A stretch of DNA of 60,715 bases, counting the filler, from Sphacelaria rigidula (lineage: Eukaryota), in assembly GCA_964200075.2 (NCBI GenBank). It is 3 parts of 3 records of this genome, joined end to end, with 100 filler letters (N's around TTAATTAATTAA, not from the genome) between each part and the next. Parts side by side here need not be neighbours in the genome. Positions count along the whole stretch, not along the records: positions 1 to 20,196 come from CAXNAA020000559.1; 2 more parts are not named here. The stretch is one strand, 5' to 3'. The notes below the pieces were generated by a model, which did not search any database, had not been told where the DNA came from, and worked only from the letters and a program-made list of their open reading frames with translations. Position 1 is the first letter of the stretch, and each line of letters opens with the position of its first letter. Made by a program: the position numbers and the translations under genes. This document shows positions 1 through 14,100 of the stretch, in pieces.

Positions 1-94
1 CAAGTGTGGAAAGATGTCTGACACGCTTATGAGCCTCTTTTTTCGTGCAACCAAATACCCCCCCCCCCCATCGTAGGATGACTCCAAGGATTTT

Positions 95-2265
95 CACGAG
101 AAAAAAATGAGAATTTCTGCGCCAACGGTCGATCATGGACATGATATTCCTGGTGCGATGACAGCAGGATTTGAGCCGGGCGAGTAATGCTCCACTCAAC
201 ATGGGCTTTATCAATCTGCAGAGGATGGAAGACTTCAAAGACCGCACGCGCTCTAGAGGGAACTCTTGCCCGTTTTGGAGTCCCGCCGCGAATGATCAAG
301 GACATCCGTCTGTTCAACGATGCATGTGAGCTCGGGTACAGATAGATGGTGGTGCACTATCACAGTGGTTCCAAACCTGCCACAAACTTTAGCGAGGATG
401 GGTCCCTCACTCGCTACTGTTCGAACTCTTCGGCGCAGCATTGTTCTACGTCATCTACCAGCGTCTCGTGGCAGACTCGGCCATCTTCTCCGACCTAGTG
501 TATCTAGATGATGCACCAGAAACTAAGAATAGTGAACCCCTAGACGAGATGTCACTAGAGAGGGTGAAACGCGCGGTATAGGGAATACGGAACGAAGATA
601 ATACAGTCATAACGTCGAGGTCCCTAGACGGGCTTGCTAGGATGATGGGTATGACAGTGATGACCTATCAGGAGTCCGGATACACGGTATGGGAGATACG
701 AAAGACGCTCAGTACCCAGATTTTCATCCAGATACAATAAGCAGATGACTGATTCGCCTACCTTGGTGGTGCTGTCAGAGCAGACGCAGTTATTTCCATT
801 GAAATCAAGCACCGCGTCAGCCTGCGTGGGAGCGCCTCCGAATACATTGCTCCTAACTCCAAGATCGGCCCAGCACCGAACTCTCTCTTTCTCTCTGAAC
901 ATCCGGGTGCTCAAGGCGGAGGCGGTGGAAGCTATGCTGCATGGATGTGCTACATGGGCACTGCGCCCAGAGGCCCCCGAAAGCCTACGCACGGCCCACC
1001 ATACGCGTGTACCGTATGCAACTGGCTTCGGTTTGGAAGATCACACTGGACACAGGACGCTTTCATACAGAGCTGAGCTCGAAATGACCAACTGCGAGCG
1101 AATCGAAACGATCATCCGCGAGCGTCAATTCTAGTCCGCGGCGGACCTTGTCCGGTGGGACGAAGCACGTCTTCGGAAGAGTATCACGTGTGTTCGGAAG
1201 ATTAGTCGCACTAGGCTCGAAGGAGGTTGGACTACCTCCCAAACACAGGCGAGGTTGCCTTTGGGAAACCTTGCGTGCGCAGGGAGCTGTCCCACGCAAG
1301 GAAGAATGAACGAAATGATTCGTCCACAGAATAGTGACTAGGCCTTCACAACACTTGGTCAGTGCCTTGAAGAACGTGGTAGAATGGTACCTTGGAGCGG
1401 AGAAAAGGGCGGAGGACTTCGAGCAGGCGTGGCGAAACAAAGGCATACGCCAGTCGGGCCTACGCCACAAGCAAGAGGTCATTCCGTTGAGAGCCATCAA
1501 TTGGAAAGCTGTTATAGTTGGCACAACAAGGGTGAAAATAGCGAAGAGAGTAAATCACTTTGAACACGGCTAGAGATGAGTGGGAGAAACCAGGGGTAAC
1601 AGGAAGCTGATATACGCCTGTCTTATCTTATCGGCCATTGACTTCATTCCTTGGCTTCTAGCCATACCGATGTTCCTAGCTGTGCTTGTATAGATATGCT
1701 GCGTGGTCCTTGTGTTCTGTTTCTTCTTCCCTTGTTATCTACCCCCTCGCTCTCTTTTCTCTCTGTCCCTCGCTCTACTTTCTTTTACACCGTGGCGGTG
1801 TGTGAGTCTCGCCACCGCGGAGGTCGTGAGTGGCAGTTCATGCTCAAAAAGTGTAGCTCCCAATACATTTCCGGCTTTTCTTTTTCGTACGGCCTATTAA
1901 CCCGAACCCATGCTGCAGGAGCTGCCCATTTGTTGTTTCTTGATTCTTGTTTTTCATTTATTTCCTTCTCACTTCCTCTCTGTTGCCGTTACCGTTTGAT
2001 CTGTTTTCATTGGGACCAATTATTCGTGGTATTATTCTCCATTTTCCCCCTTCACTTCCTTTCACTCCTTTTCTTTTCTTTTTTCTGTCCTGTTTGCCTC
2101 TCGTTTTTGTTCAGTTTACATCGTCTGTTCTATCTTCTTTCCTCGTATTTTTCCTTTCTCGAGTTTCTTTTGGCGAGTATTTCTGTTTTGTTTTGCGTTG
2201 GGTACGTTTCTCTTGTGACCGTGACTGGATCCCTCGGGCATTAGTCAATGTGCCACAAGCAAGTT
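95..2265 (+). mobile_element. Degenerate non-LTR retrotransposon (RTE-like LINE): RT domain, C-terminus and 3' UTR
   Basis: Frameshifted RT motifs EFLRQRSIMDMIFLVR (~110-155) and FINLQR...LARFGVPPRMIKDIRLF (~207-316). C-terminal LKAEAVEAMLHGCATWALR...LSYRAELEMTNCERIETIIRERQ (910-1130). Pyrimidine-rich 3' UTR, then the conserved end CTTGTGACC..CTGGAT..TTAGTCAATGTG at ~2212-2265. Confidence 0.85.
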
Positions 2266-2844
2266 AACAATAGGCAAGCCAGCTGTGCTGCAATCACAGA
2301 ATGCGGAGAGGTCGCATCTTAGAAAGCTCCGATTGATGTCGAATAGGAACCAGAAGCACCTGCGCCCCGAGGTGGAGTATCAAATAAACGAAACGTCAAA
2401 TTTAATGCTCTGGGCCCGAAGATCGTGTCTCGAGGACGTATCAAGTAACAAAAAGTCGCCGAACGGGCATGGTAGGCAAGATACACCCCCACGTGGTGGG
2501 GTAAATTGTTTTATTCATAGACACAACAGGTGAACATGTGAAAGTTCTTGTACTTCCGTTATTGCTTCTGCTTTGGTGGATTCACCGGCACTTTTCATCT
2601 CTGAAAGCAAGCTGTCCCACGCGCCTACGAATTTTCAATACTGGCATAATGCTCATATATGCTGTGTACATCCAATCACCGTTGCTGCGTTGACCCTGTC
2701 GGGTGCATGTCGCATGTTTACCACTGTGGGACTCTTTCCCGCCCCAATAGTTACACACCGCAGAAGAAATTCACCTGTGTTTCAAGTGACCTCAACCGTT
2801 AATTCTGAGGGGGGAATAAAGAACCACCTTTGTATATACAGACG

Positions 2845-2915
2845 ATGCGTGTTTCTTGCCATTCCATCAGTTCTGGACGCCGGTCAACACCTTTCGGTAC
2901 ATATGTGAACGCATA
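2845..2915 (-). mobile_element. 3' fragment of tRNA-derived SINE family A
   Basis: ccatc..ttctggacgcc.gtc.acacctttcggta.atatgtg matches the 3' ends of the copies at 13070-13110 and 20740-20785. Confidence 0.65.
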
Positions 2916-3260
2916 CTCGGAATTAATTGGATATAGGCAAAGCGGAAAGAACGATATTTGTTTGTATCCAACAGTGTCGTCGGCTAGAGTTGTAGGTGAT
3001 ATAGCTACCAAAATGGGGGCCACCTTCATTACTGTACGAGTAATAGTATCTGGCCGTGTAGATGAATGATCGATATAATAATACTCCGAGGGTGAACTAT
3101 GAATACCGCACGAACCAGGCGCTGACTTTACGATGAATTATTCTTACTAATGCAGACTATGCTTTACGTTTAGAAAATGCCATGGGTACGAGCATAGTAT
3201 CCGTGCACATTGCTCTCATGACACCACATGCGAGTAATACTATCGTACACCTGTCTACAG

Positions 3261-5150
3261 CTGTGTAAAGCATGCTGCGATGTCAACCCCAACCCGTCGT
3301 CGTCGCTCACCCCGACGGTGGTCTGGCGCGTAGTGGGCCCTCGCTTGACTTGGCTCCGCTGCTTCTACGTCCGGAAGCGAGCCGCGCAGCGACGCGCGGA
3401 GGAGGTCGGCCTCTGCCACTTCTATTCCCCATATCGAACTCCATTACATCCCCCATCGTGTACCCGGGTGAAACTGAGGTCCGTCGTAAGCCGCCACTAT
3501 TACAGTCTTCAAGCAGAGTGAGAGAGAAATCGCACGAGCTGACGCAGAGCCGTTTGTCGTGACTGGGTCTTTTACGCTGCCCAATGCAATGTAAACCTAC
3601 TCGCGAAAGACGTCGGAAAAGTTTAATGAGTTGCAATCACATGTATCTGTATCACCCAGCTCCCCTGTCGAAAAGATCGCATCATTTGTTCCTAGTTCTC
3701 GCTCCGAGGCAAAGATCTCGATTGAACTCCACACGTCTTTGGTCGTGTGAATTGCGCCGCGTTTGCATGAAGCAGCAGCAACCACGCCGCATATGTGCAG
3801 CACTCTGCAGTACAGAGGACATGTGTACTGACTGCTCTATATCGAATGCAAGCTGCGCTCCGTAGATGGTACCATTCACAGTACGATTAAACTGGCTTGC
3901 TCTATTTGGTGCAGTATATCCTATCGCGCTGTACTGCACGGACAAATGGCCACGGGGGGGGATTCTCCAAGCTGGACGTTTGGTCTCAACCCCAAGGCCC
4001 CGGAGTCGCTGATTCCTGGTCCAGGAACATACAACATTGCCGGTGATCTGGCGCGTGGAGCAGGGACGCGATTCGGAGTCGGACCGCCGGAAATAGCACA
4101 AAGCAATCCCAAACGGCTTCTTTTCGACGGTGGTGAGCTTAATTCTAGACAGGGTAGTTTTGTTTTCTCCAGGTCACTCTCTGTGTTCTCTTCTTCTCCA
4201 CCGGTACCCTGTATAGAGTACCCTTCAGCGAGTGTACCCTCCATCTACTACCATGCCCAACAGTGGAGAGCGTCTATGTCGTGGGTACACAAAATTCGAC
4301 TTAACGGTCGACGAGGGAAAGAGACTGCTAAACCCCTCCCGCGATAAAAATAAATAAAAAGGCAAGCACCGCAGAAGGAAGGTGGGGTATTAAAAAACAA
4401 ATAAAAAAGAAAAAGCTCCCGTGTTGACCTTCCTCCTGTGTGACCCCGGCTGGTGCGCCCACATATACCGAAAGGTGTAGACTGGTGCCCAGAATAAATG
4501 GGACGACAACACACACACACTTTAGCGAGTGTTTTTGTCCAGCCACGCTAATGCTCTCACTGTCGCCCTGTACGAAATATCCCCCTCAGGTCCACACTCG
4601 TCCACCCCCGGCGTCTTCTTAGGTGCAACACATGTAGGGGTGGGGGCAGTGCGCGTGACTTCAAACTTGTCGATGATTTTCTCCACGAACGAGGATTGAA
4701 AAATCTTGGTCATACCGTTGTCCCAGTTTGCGCTCTTATGCATACAGTATCCACCGTAGGATGTGCCAGTTCCCCTAGCTTACAGTATTTGTGGGAGATT
4801 TGCAGGGCTAAGCTGACCTGATACTGTCACAGTCTTCCTACATACCACAAGAGGGCCATCCACATGCGCAGTCAGCAGTGTTTCCACGTGGCGCTCCTCC
4901 TCCGACCTAAAAACGCATAGTTCAACCAACCATACTCCCCTGGTTGAGCCAAAAACGCCATTCATGAACTCGCGAAGTTGATGTCCCCAGTCAGGTCCGT
5001 CAGCTGTGCACGTGAGCTCTTTTGGTGTGTGCCAGTTTACTGCCGCGTGCGACCTGGCGAACGTGGCCCGGGTGCACGGCGGGGATTTGTACCCGCCCCG
5101 CTGCTCCTGTTGTTGTCCATTCCATTGCTTTTCACCACCGGTGCAACCTG

Positions 5151-5190
<40 letters not shown>

Positions 5191-8100
5191 ACAAGCTTGC
5201 TGCAGCGTCAACCCGAACGCGCGCGGCTTGCCTGCGGGTGGCCGATCGCCCACCCCGCTGAGATTGATGTTCCCGCACCATCAGCTACAATATCATCAAG
5301 TTGTGCCGGCTGCTCCTCGCCCTCCTGGTTCGAAACTCTATCAGTCTGAGATGCTGCGACGGGGATGCAGGATCACTACCCTCCCGGCTCGGACGCTCAA
5401 CAGGCGTTGAATTCGAAAGTTGTTCTTCGGTGGGATCACCATCGCTGGTATCCTCCCACCTAATGTGTGCACGGGTCACGGGCGTTAAAACCCGAATCGT
5501 TTCGCAGTCATCACCTCCATTTTCGGAGTTGGCCTCTCCGCTTGTACCCAGCAAAAGCACCCCTCCCTCCCAGCAAAGGACAAGTTCTTGCTGCACGGGT
5601 ACAGAACGGCGGTGCCATGTCACATTGCCTGCTGTGGTCACGTAACGACCCTTAGTCAGCACCCGCATTGAATCTCGGAGATGATTTAGGCGGCTCCAAG
5701 CCAAAAGCACTATTGTGCCTTGACCATAAATTTCGAAGTATGCTGTTCTTTGCAGTACCCTGTCTTGAAAAGTTGTAACAGCTTGAGATCTGAGAGTTCA
5801 AGGCAGGGTTAGCAGTTGCTACACATCGGTCCAGGGGGTGGGCTGCAAATTTAATAGATTTAGCCAACAGCGATCCCGGAACGTCAACGCGTAGAAACGG
5901 CCAGCATCTTTTCTAGCCGTCGTCGCCCCTGCCTCTCATCGCAACCACTACATCTGCAACCCCGTTGTACTGAGGACTGTCTGCAGGGATGAACTTCTGC
6001 TTCATGCGTTAGGTCACTAAAATCACCGTCAAACTCCGGACCAGAGTCGCTCGGCGCACACTCTACAGTCGATGGAACACAAGCTGCTCGAACATCTGCC
6101 AAGACCTGCTTCAAAAGTTCCGTTGTGTCTGATTCCAGGCGTGCGAAGTACATCCACAATGTTTTATGAGATCAACACCGAATGAGAACGTAGCATCTCC
6201 TACCTCCTACACTCTGCGCATCCTTGGGCCCACACAGATCATCAAGCATACGTTGCAGTCTCTGAAGTGTACGAGTAGCCGTGTCCCGCGGAATCAGCCA
6301 CCGCAGGCCTTTGGCCAGCAAACACCAATGGATTGGCTCCAGCTTGCCCTCAAGCTCCACACCCATAGCCTTGATCGTAGCACCTCGTTCAAGTGGCAAC
6401 ACGGTTGGCAAAACAAATTAATATTGACGGGATCGTTGAGGGTCATGAATCCAGAGGCTAGCACAGCATCTGCGAAGTCGTTTTCGGATGAGTCAAACTC
6501 ACTCCCTAAAGAATCGGGCGGCGCCCAGAGACGAGCAGGATCGCATTGTACTCGTGTTGCCTCCCGGAGAGAAAACCAGCTCCTTCCCGTCGTTAGTGGG
6601 TACTCGTGGTAGATGATTCTTATTCGCCGCAGCCCTGAGAGAGAAAATACGAAGGTCTAGCGTGGGTACATGTGTTACTTTTCCAACGTTAAGTCTGAAC
6701 ATATGTTGCTCGTTCTGGAAAATTAGGGTCAAACTCTCAAACCCCTTGATGGAAAGCATTGAACCATTTTCAATTATCAAGCCGACTCTTCTTTTGGTCT
6801 CCACAAAGTAATGCAACACCCTCCTTGACGAGGATTGTCATACACGGTTTTACCTAATTACCGTTACCCAAACTTCCCCCCCGTGACATTCTGCTTGCGC
6901 TAACACAGCCGTCTTTGCTACCTCGATCAAGGATACTACCCTGTCTGTCGTCTCTTGCACCATGAAGGCCCCGTGTATGTCGTTGAATCACACGTCTTGA
7001 ACCGGAGCTGTTGCTGGTCTTGGGCAATCAGCTGCAACATGGACCGGCTGGCCACATTTATTGCACTTGTTTTGCGAATAGTATCTGATGATGTGCCCAA
7101 CCTCTTCGTACTCTTAACATTTCCGTTTCTCCGACTTTCCTGCGGCGGGTATGGTACCCGCTGGCTTCGAGACCGTCGTCAAAACAGGAGTAGATGCTGA
7201 TACGATGTTGCTAAGCTCGGTGGCTTGGCCAGAGCGACTATCTCGCTCCCTCCTGCAGCCTCCGCCGCGCTCTCCACAGCCAGCGCCGTAGCCAGTCGCA
7301 GAAGTGCACGACCTCAACTCTCCTTGCCGAACTGTCCCAAGGAGAGATATTTTCCCCGAACAACAGCCCTCGTGCGCCCTCGTAGAACGTCATTCCCGTG
7401 TAGTCCATGGGATGCACAACGAGGTTCTACTCGGGAGGCAAACAGGGACACTATTTTCACGGTGGCCGCAGTGTCTGATGCAGCGCATCCATTCACACAC
7501 GTCTCAGCTGCTACAGGCTCGACAGCAATGAAGGTAACTTCACATTTCGCCCCTGCCTTGTGCTGCATGGCCTTAAGCTTCTCAGCCAACGTTACGCCAG
7601 CAGCAACCGAGGTCGGGCAGTAATGATGCACTATTTGTAACCACACACGTAACGGCGACTTAAATACGAGAACAACATGTATGCTTTCATCGTATTTCAT
7701 CGTCGCAAACAAAAACTGATGCACCATCTTCGCGGCTTCCACCTCTCCGTGCGAAATTCCTAGCTCCATTAGCGTTGCAGAAGGCATCATAGGGCAGACT
7801 TGTACATGTACATCTGATGTCAACAGCACGTCTAAACCATGGAAAGGAAGGTGAGCTATAATAGCGTGTTCCTTAACCATAATATACTGTAGCCCCATCA
7901 TTCATCTTCCCCTCAAAACGCTGCTGGTTGACGTCGATTTTCGCCAAAAGATGAAAACGCGAGATTGCATTAATCGTTCGCTTCAAGAACATGAGGCCCA
8001 TGTGGTTGAGCATAACTCCCAGCATCTAGCCCGTCATCGAAAGCATCCTCCGAACCAAGATCAAAACTTAAGCCAAAACCACCCACACTGAACACCGTCT

Positions 8101-11100
8101 TGCACCACGGGGGTATTCACCTGTTGCACGTTTGTGCAAGTCTCCCACCTCACTTCCTGGTCGAACGCTGCCAAGTCGTGATCGACCGCCGAGACCAAAA
8201 AGCAACCCCTCTATAACTTGACGTCAGATCTCCGAATGTTTCTATCAAAAGGGGTCGCCGCTGGGTCGAGAGGTACTCCCGCCGTCTCATGACGCTGTTG
8301 CTCTTCTTGGGCTTCGTGCGTATCTTCCCCTTGTCTTTTGTCTTCACATAAAGTGGTGAGGCTAATTTGTAACGCTTCGACCAGATGAGCCAAAGAGTGC
8401 TGCATTCATCTCTTTTTCCTGGTTTGGTCTCGTGATACAATCAGTTCTTGCTGTTCTTCAGCACTTATCATTGTACCAGATCAATCGATTAGACACTGGC
8501 GTGATCGATATTACGAGTACAACAGTACGCGCGACTGCCGGGCAGCCGTGTACGGACAAGGAAAAATATTTCAAGACAAGAAGCTATGTTTTTGACCGTC
8601 AACTCAACACTGAGCATGCAGCCACCACAAGTGAAATCCGCAGAGATGCGCGGGAGTGCTCACGGGTGCGTAGACTCAGCCCATAGAGCAATCCAATATG
8701 TTCACCTGTAAGCCGGTACTGGCACCTGCACAGGTAAAGAATTTCCCTCACTCGTAATGCTCTGTCGGATAGCCTGATGTTTTTCGGAAAATACCCGTCG
8801 ATTTGAACTGAAGCAATTTCTTCATCACACAGGATACAGTATTTCAAAGCCGAACTCCTGGACGGAGTGCCGGGGCCTCAATTCCTTTGACTTTTAAAGT
8901 TCCTGATTTAGCAGGTTTCTCGGGATTCCCGTCGATCGGAGACGACTGGTGAGCCCAATAGACCGGCGAATAAATGGGAAGTCGGGAGCACAAAGCACTG
9001 GGGTCTTTGTCTCTTCCTACAGAAGCACGTTTGTCAAATTTCGTATCCTGAATCTTGAACCAGCGTGAAAAATAGATCGAATGTGACAACATTTAGATAA
9101 TCCAAGGTCCCTTGGCGCTTCTAGCGGCTCACGATCCCCAGGATTCTGTGAAAACGACCCAAACTCAATGAGACAAGACACTGGCGATCTCGGCCTTCCT
9201 TTGAAGAACATGACAATTTCTACGATGGCCCCCCCCCAAAAAAAAACAGCCAAAAAGTGTCACGAAAAAAATGGCCATACAGCGCCTGATGTTTGAGTTC
9301 AGGCTGCATGGAGCACCTCATATTGGCGACGTTGGCTAGAACGAACCCAAGCGTGGGAAATTTCAGCTGTTCCTTGTGCTCGGCTTTTCCCATTTCAATT
9401 CACGTGAAGATTTTGACTCCCAAAACTATGCACTTTTGGGGGGGTGAGCTATCGTAAACGTGTCACATGTGTGTGAAAACGTTCGCTCTTCAACTCTCAA
9501 AACCAGCGGGAGGTGTGGAGCAAACGTATGTCCTTCCCCATAAACTGAACTTCCAGCGACCGATTACCCCAAGGAACCAGTTCGACGGGTGGACTGAGTC
9601 GGGCTTGTCCCCAGAAATTTCAATCTCGCAACTCTTGAAGCTGGCGTGAGGTTGGGAACAAACCTGATTTTTCCGAAGATCTAGACTACTGGAAGCTCAC
9701 AATGTCAAGACACTGATTAAACTGACCAAAACTCTAATCAGTCTAGCACTGATGACCTCGTGCTTTCCTGTAGGAACACGCGTGAAGGATTTCGTCACCT
9801 TAATCCTAAAACCAGCTTGAGATTTAAGGCAAAGATAAATTGTCTCCAGAATGTGCGGCATATGATGACCCGGGACCCAAACAATCGGTGAAACCAGGTG
9901 ACAGAGGAAACGCCCCGAGGCCGGTGACTCGGAGGGTTTATTTAGGAATATCCACTTAAACGTTTCTCGTTGGCTCTAAAAATTGGCTGGGAAATGAGGC
10001 AAATGAAAAAATGCTCCGAGATTTAAGGTCATATAGTGACGCTGCGGCGAGGGACTCGTCCTCCTTCGGCCAAAAGCGATAACATACATAGCTCAACCCG
10101 CCTTATGCCATCTCAGGGTGTTTTCCAACTGATGTATGAGCTCCGTATCGCACGCTGCTCTAAACGTAGCTTTGTGCCCGATGCACACTACTGCTTGCGG
10201 TGCACATCAGGTGCACAACAGATGGCGATCTTCACGTGCACGGCCCTAAAGCAGCGGCGTAGCTGGCTTTCAGATATATCCACTCGACCCGAATCATGCA
10301 CGCATTGAGACCTCCTGTTTCGCACACGGCTAGCGCTTCACAACGGGGTGGCGCTGAGAAACAGGCCACGCTACGTGTTACCCTTCATACTAAAAAGTGC
10401 GTTGATGCTTTGTCTTCATCTGCTCCCTCTATGTGTGTAGAGAGATCAATCGCCAACAATCGTTTGGGGGTCTTCCCTGAACCAGCGTGTACGCAACTCG
10501 AAAAATTGCAGTCGGTGCAAGATATATTTACATGCATCTACTATAGATTCCCACGGGACAGAACAAGAACGAGAGTAGCTGAGGAATGTTCGGGTGTGCA
10601 ATATAATTCCATATTCACGACGGCTCCGTAAGCTAGAATATAAAATTCCATAATCCGTGGCCTTAACCCTAGTGCCACTGCTCCTCCATCCTTACCTTCT
10701 CTGCGGCCTCCTATGTGAACCTGTCAGGAGATCGTTGTAGGGATTTCCTGGGACGAGAACCACTCCTGACCCCGACATCTATACGTGTGTTATGTTCGTT
10801 GCAGTATTGTTGTTTCGCCCCTTCGGTAGACTTGCCTTTAGCTGACAGTTGCGCATTATTCACTCGCGTGTGTCTCTCTTGTGACCCTGACTGAATTCGT
10901 ACACACAGGGGGTCAGTGCCCATGCGGTGAGGAATAAATCAACCGGAGAATTGGACCTCTTATTCTCTGTTCTAGCAGTGGATCTAGGTACTGCTACAGC
11001 CTCTAGTACCAGGGTGGAGCCCGCATGTTTTTTTCGCTTTTGATACTGCTGTGCCTACCTCAACATCCCGTTTTTTTCCAGCTAATTCGAAACGCTGTGT

Positions 11101-14100
11101 CCGTGAATGGCCAGAAAAACAAGAGGGCGCGAAACCGGGACCTGGGGCTTACGACAGCCCTCGCTCACGGAGATCCCCTCAATGGCAGGTGTACCCACCG
11201 AGTGAGTCAGAGAAAGAGTGAGTGTCGTGGCTTGAGTTTGCACCATGAAGTATCCACAGGTAGTATACCGCGACGGAAGAGCGCTTGGTTGCGCCGTACA
11301 AAAGGCACACTAGTTTTGTGCGTTCTTCGCTGTTGCATATAGGCAGTCACGACTATGTCAGTGGAATGTGGTGTCGATGTGTACAGGGGCGGGAACCCTC
11401 AAGAACAACCCCGAGTGATCAGTTTTTTGGGGTCTCCAAACGCCGTCACCAGCGGGTGGAAGACACCATAATCCTAAGTACCGTAGACGACGGATAACAT
11501 CACCGGTCCGTTGTATACCATTCCCTGAATATCACTCCCCGGATGATCGGTTTCCGGGAGTCCTTTAAATTCATCACGGGTTAGTCCTCATTTGCTGCGA
11601 GATGGCATGAAGAGTCAGTCGGATAGTCATATGTCGACGCGAGGCGGGTTCAGCCCAGTTCGGCGCAAGTAATCAGTAGTTGGTGGATGCTTTGTTTCCG
11701 TCAAATCGTAACCCTAACCCTAACCCTAACCCTCACACTAACACTAACACTAACACTAACACTAACCCTGGCCCTAACCCAAGGAAGAGAGAGAACACTC
11801 GGGCATGGGGGGTACATGCAATGCCCTCGGCAAATTGTGCTGTGCTTTGGCTGATATTGGCATGTTTGGCGCCGGTTTTAGCCGAAGCGCGTGCTACACA
11901 CTCCACGCGCACGCTGAGCGAGCGTGCGGGACTGTGAACCCAATAGAGATCCGAATGTTGTGATATGTGCCAATTCCAAATAAATATGTAGTTAGTGCTT
12001 GTTTGCGGCGACCTGGGGTGAACTATACTGGTCGACACGCAACCGTGACCGAGACCCTTTAATATACGTACGATAGACGGAAAGGTTTCCGGCAGGTCAA
12101 ACACAGAGCGAACCAACGGCGGTGAATCAAGCAACACCACGCGTAGTAGAAAACTCGTGTTGTTGCGGGAAACAAAAAGAGACTGAACATAAACAGGTGC
12201 GTTGCTGAACTGGCTGGAAGGTCTTGCTTGTGATGCGGAGGAGCGCACGGCGTACGTGCTGACGTAGAGCATTCAGTGGGAGTATCCTTCTAGGTATTGA
12301 GAGTGTTAGGCGGCCGAAGGGAATTACATGGTTTTGAATTTTTGCGGACGTCAAGAGCCCGATCAGCTCTCCGCATTCTACTATCATTGAGCCTGGCTGC
12401 ATTGTAATAGCTGTTTTGTTTCCAGCGCGGGTGATGCTGAGACATTGCGTTCAGCTGTTACCCGACGGTTTTGCTGTGAGCCGTTGGGCCCGTGTTGTGT
12501 GCTGCTCATCCCGGACGGTGTGCTACGTTATGTACTGGGCGACTTGGAGTACTTCAATCCTGCAGTGCTCGTTCATGCTCGACTCTCTGTCATGAGAAAG
12601 AGGGATTATCTGCTTTGTCCAAAGGACGCAAAGAAGTTCCCCCGGGGTGATCGTTCCCCTTGAAAAACGTCGGTCTCATGCAAATCGCTGTTTTTTTTAT
12701 CCCGGCAGGCGTGCTACTGAAACGCTGAGCTCAGCCGTTACCCTATAATTTTTCTCCTAGCCGCTGCACTCCGCTGCTGCCGTGCTCTGGGCCGTCAAGC
12801 ACAGCGGTTGCTCTCTCTCTCCGCCGCTGCTCCTTGCAAGATACTTACAATGACTTCGCTCCGCGGTGGAATGTAGATTTATGGCCATGATTTCGTAGCT
12901 GTGGCACTGTCGCTTCATGCTCTTGAATCGTCGTTTTCCGTGTGTGTGTGTGTGTGTGTATGTGTGTGTGGCTGTGTGGCTGTGTGTGTGTTTGTGTGTT
13001 TGTGTGTGGCTGTGTGGCTGTGACCATGGTTGTGGCTGTCTATGTCTGTGGCTGTGTCTGTGTTGCCATCCCATCTATTCTGGACGCCAGTCTAGACCTT
13101 TCGGTGTAAGTGGGCGATTCAGCTGGGGTCACGCAGGAGGAAGGTCAACACAGGAGTGCGTTCTTTTTTGTTTGTTTTCGTTCTTCACGTTCCTTCTGCG
13201 GAGCTTGCCTTGATTTTTTGTCGCGAGAGGGGTTCAGCAGTCCCTTTCTCTCGTCGACCTTGAAAACGAATTTTGTGTAGCGACGACATAGTCGCTCTCC
13301 ACTGGTGGGCATGGTGTGAGAAAACATCCCAGATCGTGTGACTGCACCGAGATTCGAACCCACGACTCTACCGTCAGAAGGTTTCGAGAATACCAACTGA
13401 GCCACCGGGGCGACCGGCGTGGTGAAATGGTTTATTTGTGCCTCATCTGTGTCACTTGAATAATGCATAGGAAGAGAGTCCCGCATAAAACGATGACCGC
13501 ACAAGGAACGATTGATATGGATTCATGCGCATGCCTTTTAGCTAGTGACTCGTCCGACCTGCGAAAAAACGCAACAAGCAACCAACGCTATCTCCGAAAA
13601 ACGATTCTCGGCGGCATCGCTGTCAACATTTGACGCGAGGCGTACTCCGTCCTACAATTAAATGTAGACAAAGTACGGTATATGATAAGGGAAACTGGTA
13701 ACTGAATCTTAGTGGGCTTACCTGTGATACGATTTGAACCTTCTCTTGTTCTACCTTACCCAGCCCTGCGTTGTTCTTCTATGCTTCTTACCCGTGCGTT
13801 TTCACAAAACAACCGCCGTTGTGCCTTCAGAAGGAAACACGGAGCAGCTTACTTCTTTAAGATTTCCCGACGATACCGTGGCCACCGACGCCGGGCCCGG
13901 AGCCTACATCTATCCAGAGTTCAGCAGCAAAGGCCCGGCATTTTCCATATCGCCCAGGCCACCTACATCGTTTGAGCCGCCGGAGAGCCCCGGGCCGGGA
14001 CAGTATGTCTCTGCTCGACTGGCAGATCTAGGGGGAAAATGTGCGACATCGGAAGCTACAGCGGGATTTGGAAAGAGAAACAGTCCTCGGTTTGGGGCTG

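Noticed and set aside
1651..2267. Hydrophobic ORFs resembling membrane proteins
   Set aside because: Translation of the pyrimidine-rich LINE 3' UTR; F/L/S low complexity only.
8450..8720. Candidate copia 5' LTR and primer-binding site
   Set aside because: No second LTR copy and no convincing tRNA-complementary site could be read.
12757..13213. Cys/Val-rich and His/Thr-rich ORFs
   Set aside because: Products of the (TG)n SINE tail.
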